Source: Acidobacteriota bacterium (GTDB taxonomy: Bacteria; Acidobacteriota; UBA4820; DSQY01). From it: 64,000 nt of DNA. Positions 1 to 11,718 of this stretch are shown here, in pieces (the stretch's first letter is position 1; every line of letters begins with the position of its first letter). The stretch covers positions 26,155 to 90,154 of the forward strand of contig JBMFSH010000010.1 of assembly GCA_049967655.1 (NCBI GenBank), written 5' to 3'. The translations under genes and the position numbers were made by a program. The notes under the pieces are model-generated. The model had not been told where the DNA came from, made no database searches, and was given only the letters and a program-made list of their open reading frames with translations.

Positions 1-32
1 GGGGCCCTGGGCACTGGAATTTCCTCCAGATT

Positions 33-41
33 GTGTTATAA
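33..41 (+). promoter_or_regulatory. Putative extended -10 element (TGTTATAAC/T) ahead of the long 5' UTR of the RRM gene
   Basis: TGnTATAAC-like match about 230 nt upstream of the ATG at 271. Confidence 0.35.
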
Positions 42-270
42 CTATCCAAGGCCATGGGTGCCGAAGGATGTCTGTGGATGAAGCTTAGTGGTGCAAGTGG
101 ATCTCCGGCTCCCGTGCCTTTGGAGGCACGCCCCGATTCGTCCAGCGATTCATACGGTGTGGAAATGGTGCGGCGCCCCCCGCGGGTGCGGGGATGGGTG
201 AAGCCGTGTTTGGCTTCGGCCGGTTCGGGACGGTCCGGTCGGAGAGAGCGGGTTTGAAAAGGGAGGTGTT

Positions 271-828
271 ATGTCCGTCCGGCTGTTTGTAGGGAACCTC
301 TCCTACGATGCGACTGAAGAGGAATTGAAGGCGCTGTTTGCCGCTGCGGGTCCCGTGGCCCACGTCCATCTTCCTAAGGACCGTGAAACGGGGAGGCCGA
401 GAGGCTTTGCTTTCGTGGAGTTCCTTGAGAAATCGCAGGCGGAGGAGGCCATCAGGCGCTTCAATAACCAGGATTTCAAGGGCCGGCCCATGGTGGTCAA
501 CGAAGCCAGGGCCCGGGAGGCGGGCGCGGCTCCGCGCCCCTACGCGCCCAGACCCTTCTCGCCGCGTCCCTCGTCGCCGCGCCCCGACTGGAGCCCCGCT
601 CCCGTGGGCGAGGAGGAGGAGGGGAAGCCCCGCGGCATCCGCAGGACCTTCGGCGGAGCGGAGAACGGCCCCCACAAGAAGAAGCGCTACGATAAGGGCG
701 AACGGGTTCCCAAGGGGCCCATCCGGGAACGCCACAGCGGCCGTTTGTACGACATCGACGACGCCGAGGATGACGTCGAGTGGGAAGGCGACGACATCGC
801 CAGGCGCGCCGACGACGAGGAGGAATAG
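271..828 (+). CDS. RNA-binding protein (RRM domain) with low-complexity charged C-terminal tail
   Basis: RNP2 LFVGNL and RNP1 RGFAFVEF motifs; GGAGG RBS upstream. Confidence 0.93.
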   Translation: MSVRLFVGNLSYDATEEELKALFAAAGPVAHVHLPKDRETGRPRGFAFVEFLEKSQAEEAIRRFNNQDFKGRPMVVNEARAREAGAAPRPYAPRPFSPRPSSPRPDWSPAPVGEEEEGKPRGIRRTFGGAENGPHKKKRYDKGERVPKGPIRERHSGRLYDIDDAEDDVEWEGDDIARRADDEEE

Positions 829-832
829 GCCC

Positions 833-1141
833 TCACTCGTCCTCGTCCCCCTCCTCCGGCTGGAGGAGGAAATCCTCGATGAGCTCGATCAGGGCATCCA
901 GCCGCTGGATTCTCGTGGGGTCCGTCGCGCGGTTGGCCTGCACGGACAGGTAGCCGGCGATCTCCTCCCAGTCCTCTTCGGAGAAGGCCACCAGCAGCTT
1001 CCCGCCGCGCACCGCGACGGCCCTCAGCTCATCGGCGATTCCCAACTCCTCCCCGGCCTCCCTCAGCAGCGTGTCGCGCTCGCGGGGCGTCAACTCCATC
1101 TCGAGCTTCGGCGGCTCCTGGGGCACTTCGGTCTCGTCCAC
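833..1141 (-). CDS. Small acidic hypothetical protein
   Basis: Protein-like composition; GGAGG about 10 nt before the GTG at 1141; convergent with the RRM gene. Confidence 0.6.
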   Translation of the reverse strand: MDETEVPQEPPKLEMELTPRERDTLLREAGEELGIADELRAVAVRGGKLLVAFSEEDWEEIAGYLSVQANRATDPTRIQRLDALIELIEDFLLQPEEGDEDE

Positions 1142-1584
1142 GGCTTCCGCACCTCCCGACGGGCCCCGGGTGGCACCCCGAGGCATTCCGGTGTCATCTT
1201 ATCTCCGGTAAGAATGGACCGTCCAGGATTCGCGCTGGCGCCGCGCCGGGGGAGTGAAAGGGTCCGTGGGCTCGCGAATCCTCGCCAGGGGGGCGGAATC
1301 GGGGAGGGAGCGTGCAGCTCGTAACGAATCTCTTCTCGGACGTTTCGCTGGCCCAGCTCGCTGGCCGCTCCTTTCATCGAGGCTGGAGCTGAGCCGCGCA
1401 AGCAAGTGGCAGCAGCTCAAGGAGACGCAGGACGCGAGATGCAAGACGCAAAGGCGCGCTCCCTTCCCGGTCCCATAGTGCCCCAGTCCCCCAGTCACAC
1501 GCCTGCGAAATTCCCCTTCCGCCGTCCCTCTGCTATCCTATCGCGCGGCTCGCGTGGGCGGGCCGCCCTCTGGGAGCCGACGCC

Positions 1585-3861
<2,277 letters not shown>

Positions 3862-4091
3862 GCGCCCCCATGCACCACGGCGCCGGGATGCGCCCTCCTC
3901 CGCTCCGCCCCGGAAGAGGTCCGCTCAAGAGCGGGCCGAACCCGTATTGGACCCAGGTGATAATGGATGATGGATGATCGATTAGCAGCGACCATCCTTT
4001 CACTTTTTACTTTTCACTTCTATCCCCTCCCTTCCAGCGCCCATTGTGCATCGAGCCCCATGCGAGGATACTGCAACCATTGGAGGGACGC

Positions 4092-4979
4092 ATGCGCAGC
4101 GGCTTCGTGGCGGTGGTGGGGCGGACTAACGTGGGCAAGTCCACCCTGGTGAACGGCCTGGTGGGTGAGAAGGTGGCCATCGTGACCCCCAAGCCCCAGA
4201 CCACGCGAAACGTCATTCGCGGCATACTGAACGAGGCGCGGGGACAGGTGGTCTTCCTCGACACCCCGGGGCTCCACAAGCCTCGCACGAGGATGAACCA
4301 GACCATGGTGCGGCAAGCGCTGGAATCGGTGGAGGGGGTGGACGCCGTCCTCTGGATGGTTGATGCCTTGCATCCCTGGCAGGCCGAGGAGGAGCGGCTG
4401 GCCGCCCACCTGGGCGAGGCCGGCCGGCCGACGGTCGTGGCCGTGAACAAGATCGACACCCTCGGCTCGAGAGAATCCGTGCTCCCCGTCCTGTCGGACC
4501 TGGCCGCGCGCCTGCCGGGATGCACGCTCTATCCGCTGAGCGCGCTGGATCCCTCGCACTTCCCCGGCTTGCTGGATCTCCTCTTTCCGCTGCTGCCCGA
4601 AGGGGAGCCGCTCTTCCCCTCCGAGCTCTACACCGACCAGCCGGAGAGGCAGCTCGTGGCGGAGGTGGTCCGGGAGCACGTCTTCTCCCACACCTTCCAG
4701 GAGGTGCCCCACTGCGTGGGGGTGCTGGTGGAGAGCTTCGAGGAGGCGGCCCAAGAGGGGGGCAAGGTGACCCTCCACTGCGCCATTCTGGTGGAGCGAG
4801 AGAGCCAGAAGCCCATCCTCATCGGCAAGGGGGGACAGAACCTCAAGGCCATCGGCATGGGTGCGCGCAAGGAGCTCCAGCGCATCCTTGGCTGCGGCGT
4901 GGAGCTGAGGCTCTTCGTGAAGGTCAGGCCCGACTGGCGGGAGGACGCCTCCATCCTCCGCGAAATGGGACTGGCGTGA
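4092..4979 (+). CDS. era: GTPase Era
   Basis: GRTNVGKS, DTPG, NKID motifs and KH domain (LIGKGG); start refined to MRSGF after GGAGG. Confidence 0.96.
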   Translation: MRSGFVAVVGRTNVGKSTLVNGLVGEKVAIVTPKPQTTRNVIRGILNEARGQVVFLDTPGLHKPRTRMNQTMVRQALESVEGVDAVLWMVDALHPWQAEEERLAAHLGEAGRPTVVAVNKIDTLGSRESVLPVLSDLAARLPGCTLYPLSALDPSHFPGLLDLLFPLLPEGEPLFPSELYTDQPERQLVAEVVREHVFSHTFQEVPHCVGVLVESFEEAAQEGGKVTLHCAILVERESQKPILIGKGGQNLKAIGMGARKELQRILGCGVELRLFVKVRPDWREDASILREMGLA

Positions 4980-5107
4980 GAATGGACGCTGGGAGACGAC
5001 GAAGCAGGGAAGCAGGGCGAAGAGAACCGAAGGCACGGCGGGCTGCCCTCGAAGACGAGGCAGGCCCACCGTGCCGTTGAGCGGTTGCGGCTTTCCGCTT
5101 AGTGGCC

Positions 5108-5542
5108 CTATTTTTCCTGACCCAACTTGCGGATGATGTCCTTGAGGGCCACCACCACCCCGGGCTTGTCCTTCAGGTCAGGGTTGGGGGCCATGGCCGC
5201 GCTCTTGCCCACGGCCGTACCGCCCTCCACGATGGCCTTCTCGATGGTTGCGTCCGAGGTGGCCTTCTGCCAGGCCTGGTTGTGGTAGTCCTGGGGCTTG
5301 GGGTTCAGGGCCACCGAGGCGGGTCCGTTCCCGCGTCCCTCCTGCCCGTGACAGACCGCGCAACGCGTCTTGAAGATCTGGAGGGCCTCCGTGCGGTCCG
5401 CCGCCGTCACCGCCGCGCCGGAGGACGATCCACGGGCGGGGGAGGCCGATGCCCGGGAGCCTCCGCAGATGATCAGCACGAAAAGAGAGATGGCGGCAGC
5501 CACCGCCGCCGTTGTGATCCTCGCGCTGGAAGATGTTCGCAT
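5108..5542 (-). CDS. Exported monoheme cytochrome c
   Basis: Signal-like N-terminus, CAVCH motif, distal Met (AMAP); AAGGAGG RBS. Confidence 0.88.
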   Translation of the reverse strand: MRTSSSARITTAAVAAAISLFVLIICGGSRASASPARGSSSGAAVTAADRTEALQIFKTRCAVCHGQEGRGNGPASVALNPKPQDYHNQAWQKATSDATIEKAIVEGGTAVGKSAAMAPNPDLKDKPGVVVALKDIIRKLGQEK

Positions 5543-5775
5543 TCAAGTCCTCCTTAAACAGTCGTCAGAACTCGGATGGCCGCCTGAACCAGGAACAAAC
5601 GGGCGGCGGAACTCGGGAAGCTCACCGGCACCGCCTTTCGGAAGCGATGGCTGGAGCAGGTCCGCGTTGCCCTTGGGGGCGCAACGCCTATTCTCACTCA
5701 GAGAACAACCCTCTTAGGGGCACGATTATGCCCGCCGCGCTTGCCAAGGCGGCGGGAGGCCGTCCCGCCGCCGCC

Positions 5776-7032
5776 CTACGGAATCTCCACGGCCACCGGG
5801 CAGTACCGCTCCGGAGGCTGATCCGGGGTGATGAGCGGCGTGGCGCTGAGCCGAGGGAGGAAGCCGGCCAGGCGGCCCAACAGCACGAATTCGCCGACCT
5901 GGAGGTAGGAACATCCCTGGCGATCGCGGTGGGAGGATTCGGGACGCAGATAGGCCTGAACCACGGTATCGCCCCTGAGCAGGCCGTTCTGGACCGCCTC
6001 TAGCCACCGCTCGGGCGGAGTGAACCCTCCGGCCAGGACGCCCGAGCCCTCGTAGCCGCGGGCGGGCTTCAGGATGAACTCCTCGGGCCGCCCGAGGACG
6101 AGGCTCTCCATCTCCGCCACCTTGCCGTTGAACTCCGTCTCCCCCCTCGCCAGCAGGCGCGTCCAAGGAACGGTGGCGGCCAGGCTGGCGCGCACCCTGT
6201 CCGGATAGAGATGAGCGAAGGCCGGGTCCGAGAGCAGCACGAAGAGGGTCTTGCTCCAGGCGGGGTCGGTGCGGAACCCGCCCACGAAGCAGGCGGCGTC
6301 GCCGAGGTAGGCGTCAAGGAAGGGTCGCACCTGGTCCGCGCGGGCGAAGAGCTCCTCGCTCACGACGCGCCGGTAGACCAAGTCGATGGAGCCCGAGCGG
6401 CCCGCCAGCCGTCCATCCCTGACGCTCAGGCCCCGTGGGTCTTCGAGGGCGGCGGTAAAACCGCTCTCCGTGAAGAAGGCGGCCAGGGCCTCCTGCTCGG
6501 GGCGGGTCCCCACCTCCTCCCAGTCCACGATGGCGATGCGCGGCTTTTCGATGCCGCGCCGGTCCCACTGCCGGAAGCAGGAGAGGAGGGTCCGCAGCAG
6601 CTTCTCCTGAAGCGGCGCCTGTTCCGGGCTCCGGCCCGTCTCCCTGCGCCAGAGGGCGGAGAGGGCGGCGGCGTAGTGCCAGCCCGCCGTGCCGTCGGTG
6701 TTGAACTCCATGAAGTGGGGACCGTCCGGGAAGAGAAAGGAGTCCATGCGGCCGAGCGGAATGGCCGGCTGGTAGCCGGGCTCCTTGAGAATGCACTCCG
6801 TTTGCAGCGAGCCGTAGCCGAACAGCTCCCGGAGACTGGCGGTTTGGACAAAGGCCTCGGAGACGATCTCCGCCGCCCGCCAGAGCTGTTTCACGGCCTC
6901 GGTCAGGGTTCCCAGCGCCTCGCCGTCGATGTCAAAGGGAGCGCGGCTCACGGGCAGAGGACGGCCGCGGAAGGCGATCCCATTCTCTATCAGGAGTTCA
7001 TCAGACCAGGGGTTGTCGAAGGATGAGGCCAT
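5776..7032 (-). CDS. Circularly permuted ATP-grasp / glutathionylspermidine synthase-like ligase
   Basis: GRMDSF...FMEFNTD, DLVYRR, ILKPARGYEGSGV, VVQAY motifs. Confidence 0.75.
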   Translation of the reverse strand: MASSFDNPWSDELLIENGIAFRGRPLPVSRAPFDIDGEALGTLTEAVKQLWRAAEIVSEAFVQTASLRELFGYGSLQTECILKEPGYQPAIPLGRMDSFLFPDGPHFMEFNTDGTAGWHYAAALSALWRRETGRSPEQAPLQEKLLRTLLSCFRQWDRRGIEKPRIAIVDWEEVGTRPEQEALAAFFTESGFTAALEDPRGLSVRDGRLAGRSGSIDLVYRRVVSEELFARADQVRPFLDAYLGDAACFVGGFRTDPAWSKTLFVLLSDPAFAHLYPDRVRASLAATVPWTRLLARGETEFNGKVAEMESLVLGRPEEFILKPARGYEGSGVLAGGFTPPERWLEAVQNGLLRGDTVVQAYLRPESSHRDRQGCSYLQVGEFVLLGRLAGFLPRLSATPLITPDQPPERYCPVAVEIP

Positions 7033-7160
7033 CGCGCCTCCGGAGGGCCGCTCGCGCCACGCAGCCGTATACCACGTTTGCCCCGTTCGCGTCCACGTCG
7101 CCGCGGTGCCAGAGATAAGGTGACTCGGGCCGAGGCAGCTGGAGATCCGGCGGAACGCTG

Positions 7161-7325
7161 ATGGATGGGACGATCACGAGCACAACGCGCGAGCTGCAGG
7201 TAGTGCGCCTGGGAATCCTCTCCTGGGCACACTTCATGAACGACGGCTGCATCAACTACCTGCCGGGCATCCTCCCGCTTCTCCTGGAGCATTTGAAGGC
7301 GCCGCTGTCGCTGGCCAGCGCGGCG
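7161..7325 (+). pseudogene. N-terminal fragment of an Fsr-like MFS transporter
   Basis: LSWAHFMND...LPGILPLL...LSLA resembles MFS helix 1; similarity stops after about 50 codons. Confidence 0.6.
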
Positions 7326-7389
7326 GGTCGGGGACGGGAGGCTTCCCAAACCGGCCGCCTAGGGCGGGAGCCGGCTCAAGGGACCGGCG

Positions 7390-8109
7390 TCAGTTGGAGA
7401 TGAGTTGGTACAGGCCGCCGGGGGTGACGGCCGAGAGGAGGGCCAGCAGCACCCAGCGGCGCGGTACATAGGCCACCTTCTGCTTCCGCTGGATGGCCCG
7501 GTAAATGCCCCGTGCCGCGGCGTCCGGCTGCACCACCCAGAACATGCCCTTGGCTCCCTTCGTCATGGCCGTGTGGACCCAGCCCGGCCGCACGTCGGTG
7601 ACGGGGATGCCGAAGCGTGACAGGTTGAACCGCAGCCCCTCCAGGTAGTGGGACACGAAGGCCTTGGAGGCGTTGTAGGCCGGTACGGCGGCGCTGCCCC
7701 TCAGGGCCGCGATGGAGGAGATGCCGACGATGTGGCCGTGCTTCTGCTGATAGAAGAGACGCGCCGCCCATGAGGCGCAGGCGGTGAAGCCCAGGACGTT
7801 GGTCATCACGGTCTGGCGGTCGGGCTCCCAGGCGAGCTTGCGGTTGTGGGGGCTCACGCCCGCGTTGATGACCATGCAGTCCAGGCCGCCGAGCTCGGCG
7901 ACGAGCGCGTCGAGGTGGGCCGGGAGGTTCTCTGAATCCGTCACGTCGGCCGCACGGACCTTCACGGTGGGGCCCAGCTCCTCGGCCAGGGCGTTCAGAG
8001 CCGCCTGGTTTCGGGCCAGGAGGCCCAGCGTCCAGCCGTCTTTCGCCATGAGCTTGGCCAACTCTCGGCCCAGACCCGCGCTGGCTCCTGTGATGATCGC
8101 TTTGGGCAT
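7390..8109 (-). CDS. Short-chain dehydrogenase/reductase (SDR)
   Basis: TGASAGLG, INAG, YNASK motifs. Confidence 0.93.
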   Translation of the reverse strand: MPKAIITGASAGLGRELAKLMAKDGWTLGLLARNQAALNALAEELGPTVKVRAADVTDSENLPAHLDALVAELGGLDCMVINAGVSPHNRKLAWEPDRQTVMTNVLGFTACASWAARLFYQQKHGHIVGISSIAALRGSAAVPAYNASKAFVSHYLEGLRFNLSRFGIPVTDVRPGWVHTAMTKGAKGMFWVVQPDAAARGIYRAIQRKQKVAYVPRRWVLLALLSAVTPGGLYQLISN

Positions 8110-8127
8110 GGCTTCCTCCCTACGTGA

Positions 8128-9204
8128 TTACCCTACCCTTAACGGCATGCCCTGGACCATGGCTCGGCGGGCGGTGGCTTCGAGGACTCGGACGGCCTGG
8201 ACCAGCGGCCCGAAGCGGGGGTCCTGGGTCTGGCCGTGGTAGAAGCGGTAGTAGATCTGCTGGGCGATGCCGGCGAGGCGGAAGAGGCCGTAGATGTAGT
8301 AGAAGGTGGCGTCCTCGACGGCCAGGCCCGCGCCGTCGAGGTAGAGGGCGACCACCTCGCGCCGGGTGAGGGCGCCGGGGAGCGTGGTGGGCTCGACCCG
8401 GATGGCGCGCAGCTCGGGGGGGTCGTCCGCCTGAACCCAATAGGCGAGGGAGGCGCCCAGGTCCATGAGGGGATCGCCGATGGCGGCCATCTCCCAGTCC
8501 AGCACGCCGATGATGCGCGTGGGGTCGAGGGGATCGAGGACCACGTTGTCCAGGCGGAAGTCGTTGTGGACCAGGGCGGCGCCCCGCTCGGGCGGTCTCC
8601 GGGCCTCCAGCCAGGCCATTACCTCCTCGAAATCGGGCGCATCGGGGGTGCGCGCGTCGCGGTAGCGGCGGCTCCAGCCGGCGATCTGCCGCTCCACGTA
8701 GCCCTGGGGCTTGCCGAACTCCTCCAAGCCGAGGGAGCGGTAGTCGAGGGCGTGCAGGGCCCGGTGGGCCTGCACGAGGCGCTCGCAGAGGGTGCGCACG
8801 GCCCCGGCGGAGAGGCCCAGCCCCTCGGGCAGGTCGCGGCGGAGAATCAGGCCGCGGAGGCGCCGCATGATGAAGAAGGGCGCTCCCAGCACGGAGAGAT
8901 CGTCGCAGTAGAGGAGGGGCTCGGGGGCGTAGGGATAATGTCCCGAAAGGGCGCTCAGGACGGTCCACTCGCGGTGCATGTCGTGGCCGGTCTTGGGGAT
9001 CTTGCCGAAGGGCGGCCGGCGCAGGACAAACTCCTCGCCGCCCATCCGGAGGAGGTAGGTGAGGTTGGAGTGGCCGGAGGGGAACTGGGTGACCCCCAGC
9101 TCCCCCGTCAGCGCCGGAATCCGACCCCGAAGGTAGCCGGCCAGGCGGGCCGCGTCGAGCTCCTCGCCGGGCCTCGGCGGACGGGTGCTATCCTCGAAAG
9201 ACAT
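8128..9204 (-). CDS. APH-family phosphotransferase (ACAD10/11 kinase-like)
   Basis: GHSNLTY, VLRRPP, HDMHRE, HNDFRLDN, LDWE motifs. Confidence 0.92.
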   Translation of the reverse strand: MSFEDSTRPPRPGEELDAARLAGYLRGRIPALTGELGVTQFPSGHSNLTYLLRMGGEEFVLRRPPFGKIPKTGHDMHREWTVLSALSGHYPYAPEPLLYCDDLSVLGAPFFIMRRLRGLILRRDLPEGLGLSAGAVRTLCERLVQAHRALHALDYRSLGLEEFGKPQGYVERQIAGWSRRYRDARTPDAPDFEEVMAWLEARRPPERGAALVHNDFRLDNVVLDPLDPTRIIGVLDWEMAAIGDPLMDLGASLAYWVQADDPPELRAIRVEPTTLPGALTRREVVALYLDGAGLAVEDATFYYIYGLFRLAGIAQQIYYRFYHGQTQDPRFGPLVQAVRVLEATARRAMVQGMPLRVG

Positions 9205-10423
9205 CCAACCCTCCTTCGCCGGCGCGGTGCGTCTCCCGGTACGGCTTCAGGATCCGGTGGGCCAGGGAGAGCTTGTGGACCTCGTCGGCGCCGTCGTAGA
9301 TGCGGGCGGCCCGCTCGTGCCGGTAGAAAAAGGCGATGACCGTATCGTCCGTCATGCCCAGGCCGCCGAAGAGCTGGAGCGCCCGGTCCACGACGTGCTG
9401 CATCACGTTCGCCACGACGAACTTGACCATGGAGATCTCTTCCCGGGCCTCCTTCCAGCCCAGGCTCTCCACCTTCCAGGCGGTCTGGAGGGTGAGGGCA
9501 CGGGCGGCTTCGATCTCCGCGGCGCTCTCGGCGATCCAGGCCTGCACGATCTCCTTGTCCGCGAGCACCTGCCCTGGGGCGATGGGGCGGGTCACGGCCC
9601 GCTTGCACATGAGGTCGAAGGCCCGCCGGCAAACCCCGAGCCAGCGCATGGCGTGGTGGATCCTCCCGGGGCCGAGGCGCTCCTGGGCGATGCGGAAGCC
9701 GTCGCCCTCGGGCCCCAGCAGGTTGGAGCGGGGCACGCGGCAGGAATGGTAGAGGATCTCGGCGTGGCTGAAGGGCCCCGAGCCGGAGTGGCCCATGACG
9801 GCGATGTTGCGCACCAAATCGAAGCCGGGGGTGTCGGTGGGCACGATGATCATGCTGGCCCGCCGGTAGGGAGCCGCCTCGGGATCGGTGACGGCCATGA
9901 CGATGGCGAAGGCCGCCCCGTCAGCCGCCGTGGTGTACCACTTCTGGCCGTTGATGACGTAGTCCTCTCCCTCCTTCTGCGCCGTCGTATCCATCATGAC
10001 GGGGTTGGAGCCAGGCAGCTCGACCTCGGTCATGGAGAAGCAGCTCCGGATCTCGCCCCGCACCAGGGGCCCCAGCCAGCGCTCCTTCTGTTCGGGGGTT
10101 CCGTGGTCGTGCAGGATCTCGATGTTGCCCGCGTCGGGTGCCTGACAGCCGAAGAGGTAGTGGCCGAGGGGACTCTGGCCGAGGACCTCGGAGACGAGGG
10201 CGAAGTCCGTCAGCGGCAGTTCCATCCCGCCGTACTCCTTGGGCTGGGCGGGCGCCCAGAGGCCCATCTGCCGCACCTTCCGCCGGAGCCCCTCGGCCTC
10301 GCCCTCGATGGCCGGGAAGCCCCGGCTGAGGAAGGCGCGCTCCAGCGGGAAGACCTCCCGCTCCATGAACTGCTGCATGAGCTGGATCATGGCCCTGGTC
10401 TGCTCGCTCACCGTGAAATCCAT
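9188..10423 (-). CDS. Acyl-CoA dehydrogenase (ACAD11/FadE2-like)
   Basis: APDAGNIE, FSMTE, QERLGPGRIHH, IYDGADEVH motifs; real start MDFTV at 10423. Confidence 0.93.
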   Translation of the reverse strand: MDFTVSEQTRAMIQLMQQFMEREVFPLERAFLSRGFPAIEGEAEGLRRKVRQMGLWAPAQPKEYGGMELPLTDFALVSEVLGQSPLGHYLFGCQAPDAGNIEILHDHGTPEQKERWLGPLVRGEIRSCFSMTEVELPGSNPVMMDTTAQKEGEDYVINGQKWYTTAADGAAFAIVMAVTDPEAAPYRRASMIIVPTDTPGFDLVRNIAVMGHSGSGPFSHAEILYHSCRVPRSNLLGPEGDGFRIAQERLGPGRIHHAMRWLGVCRRAFDLMCKRAVTRPIAPGQVLADKEIVQAWIAESAAEIEAARALTLQTAWKVESLGWKEAREEISMVKFVVANVMQHVVDRALQLFGGLGMTDDTVIAFFYRHERAARIYDGADEVHKLSLAHRILKPYRETHRAGEGGLDVFRG

Positions 10424-10530
10424 CCTCGCCTCCCCTCGCGTGAATCCGCGGTCCTTGGTGCGACTCCCATGGTAGGGCCTGAGGCGGCCCGGGTCAAAGG
10501 CAGCCGCGAGAGTATCGGCTGGCTGTCGGG

Positions 10531-11652
10531 TCAGGAGAGGCCGAATTCGCGGAGGACGGCGTCGGTGTGCTCGCCCAAGGCCGGAGCGGGGAAGGGGGGC
10601 GTGGCTCCCAGCGAGGCCAGCAGCGGTCCCGGCGTCCGAAGGCTGCCGCCGCCGGGGGCGGGCGTCGCCTCGAAGAAGGGGGCCAGAGGCGAGGCTCCCG
10701 AGGCGGCCTCGTCGAGGCCGTTCACGGCGGAGAGCGGGAGGGCCCGCTCGATGGCCTCCTCCAGCCAGTGGGCCGAGGGTTCCCGGTCCATGGCCTGCTG
10801 AATGCGCTCGGCGGCGGCCCGCCCCTCGGGGCCGGGGTCGAGCCCCGCGCCCGCCAGTTCGGGCAGCCCGACCAGGTCGAGGAAGCCGGTCCAGAATTTC
10901 GGTTCGAGCGCGCAGAGGGCGACGCTCCGCCCGTCGGCGCACCGGTAGCAGCGGTAGGCGGGGAGGGCTCCCTCCGACAGGTGCTCCCAGAGCCCGCCTC
11001 CGCCCGCCGCGGCCTCGGCCATGGGCCAGAGGAGAAAGGGGAGGGGAGCCAGGGCGAGGGGCTGGTCCAGGAAGGCTCCGCGGCCCGTCCTGGCCCTCCC
11101 GAGCAGGGCCGCCAGCACGGCCGAGGCGGCCAGCAGGCCTCCGCCCACGTCGGCGAGCGGGACCGGCAGGGGCCGCGTTTCGCCGGAGGAGGCGAGGGCC
11201 CCGGCTAGCGCCGCGAAGTTGAGGTCGTGGCCCACGCCACCCGAGTGCGGGCCGGAGGCGCCGAAGCTGCTCATGGAGCAGACCACGAGTGCGGGGTTGA
11301 CCGAGGCGAGCCGGTCGTACCCCACGCCCCACCTCTCCATGGTGCCCGGCCGGAAGCTCTCCGCGAGCACGTCGGCGTGTTTGGCCAGGGCGCGGAGCCG
11401 GGCCGCATCGACCGGATCTTTCAGATTCAGGCAGATGGACTGGGCGCCGCGGTAGAGCGCCGCGAAGCCGGCCCCGACGCCGTTCACGAGCGGAGGGGTG
11501 GCGCGCAGAAGGTCGCCGCCGGCGGGCTCCTCCACCTTGATGACGCGCGCCCCGAGATCCAGCAGCATCCTCGCCAGGACGCCTCCCGGCAGCATGCGCG
11601 TGCAATCCAGCACCAGCGTTCCATCCAACGGCGGGGAAGGGGGGGTCTTCAC
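10531..11652 (-). CDS. CaiB/BaiF family III CoA transferase, alpha-methylacyl-CoA racemase-like
   Basis: DLGARVIKVE, ESFRPG, GHDLNF, LADVGGG, LGEHT motifs. Confidence 0.88.
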   Translation of the reverse strand: MKTPPSPPLDGTLVLDCTRMLPGGVLARMLLDLGARVIKVEEPAGGDLLRATPPLVNGVGAGFAALYRGAQSICLNLKDPVDAARLRALAKHADVLAESFRPGTMERWGVGYDRLASVNPALVVCSMSSFGASGPHSGGVGHDLNFAALAGALASSGETRPLPVPLADVGGGLLAASAVLAALLGRARTGRGAFLDQPLALAPLPFLLWPMAEAAAGGGGLWEHLSEGALPAYRCYRCADGRSVALCALEPKFWTGFLDLVGLPELAGAGLDPGPEGRAAAERIQQAMDREPSAHWLEEAIERALPLSAVNGLDEAASGASPLAPFFEATPAPGGGSLRTPGPLLASLGATPPFPAPALGEHTDAVLREFGLS

Positions 11653-11718
11653 GGCTCCTCCTGGTCAACGGTCAAGGGCGGCGGCAGGCCCATCGCCCCG
11701 GCGCCCTCAAGCCGGTCC

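Noticed and set aside
54..257. 67-aa ORF upstream of the RRM gene
   Set aside because: No RBS or motif; better explained as 5' UTR
10424..11668. 826-aa ORF suggesting a long N-terminal extension on the acyl-CoA dehydrogenase
   Set aside because: The extension is Arg/Pro/Gly-rich off-frame read-through over the CoA transferase gene; the real start is 10423
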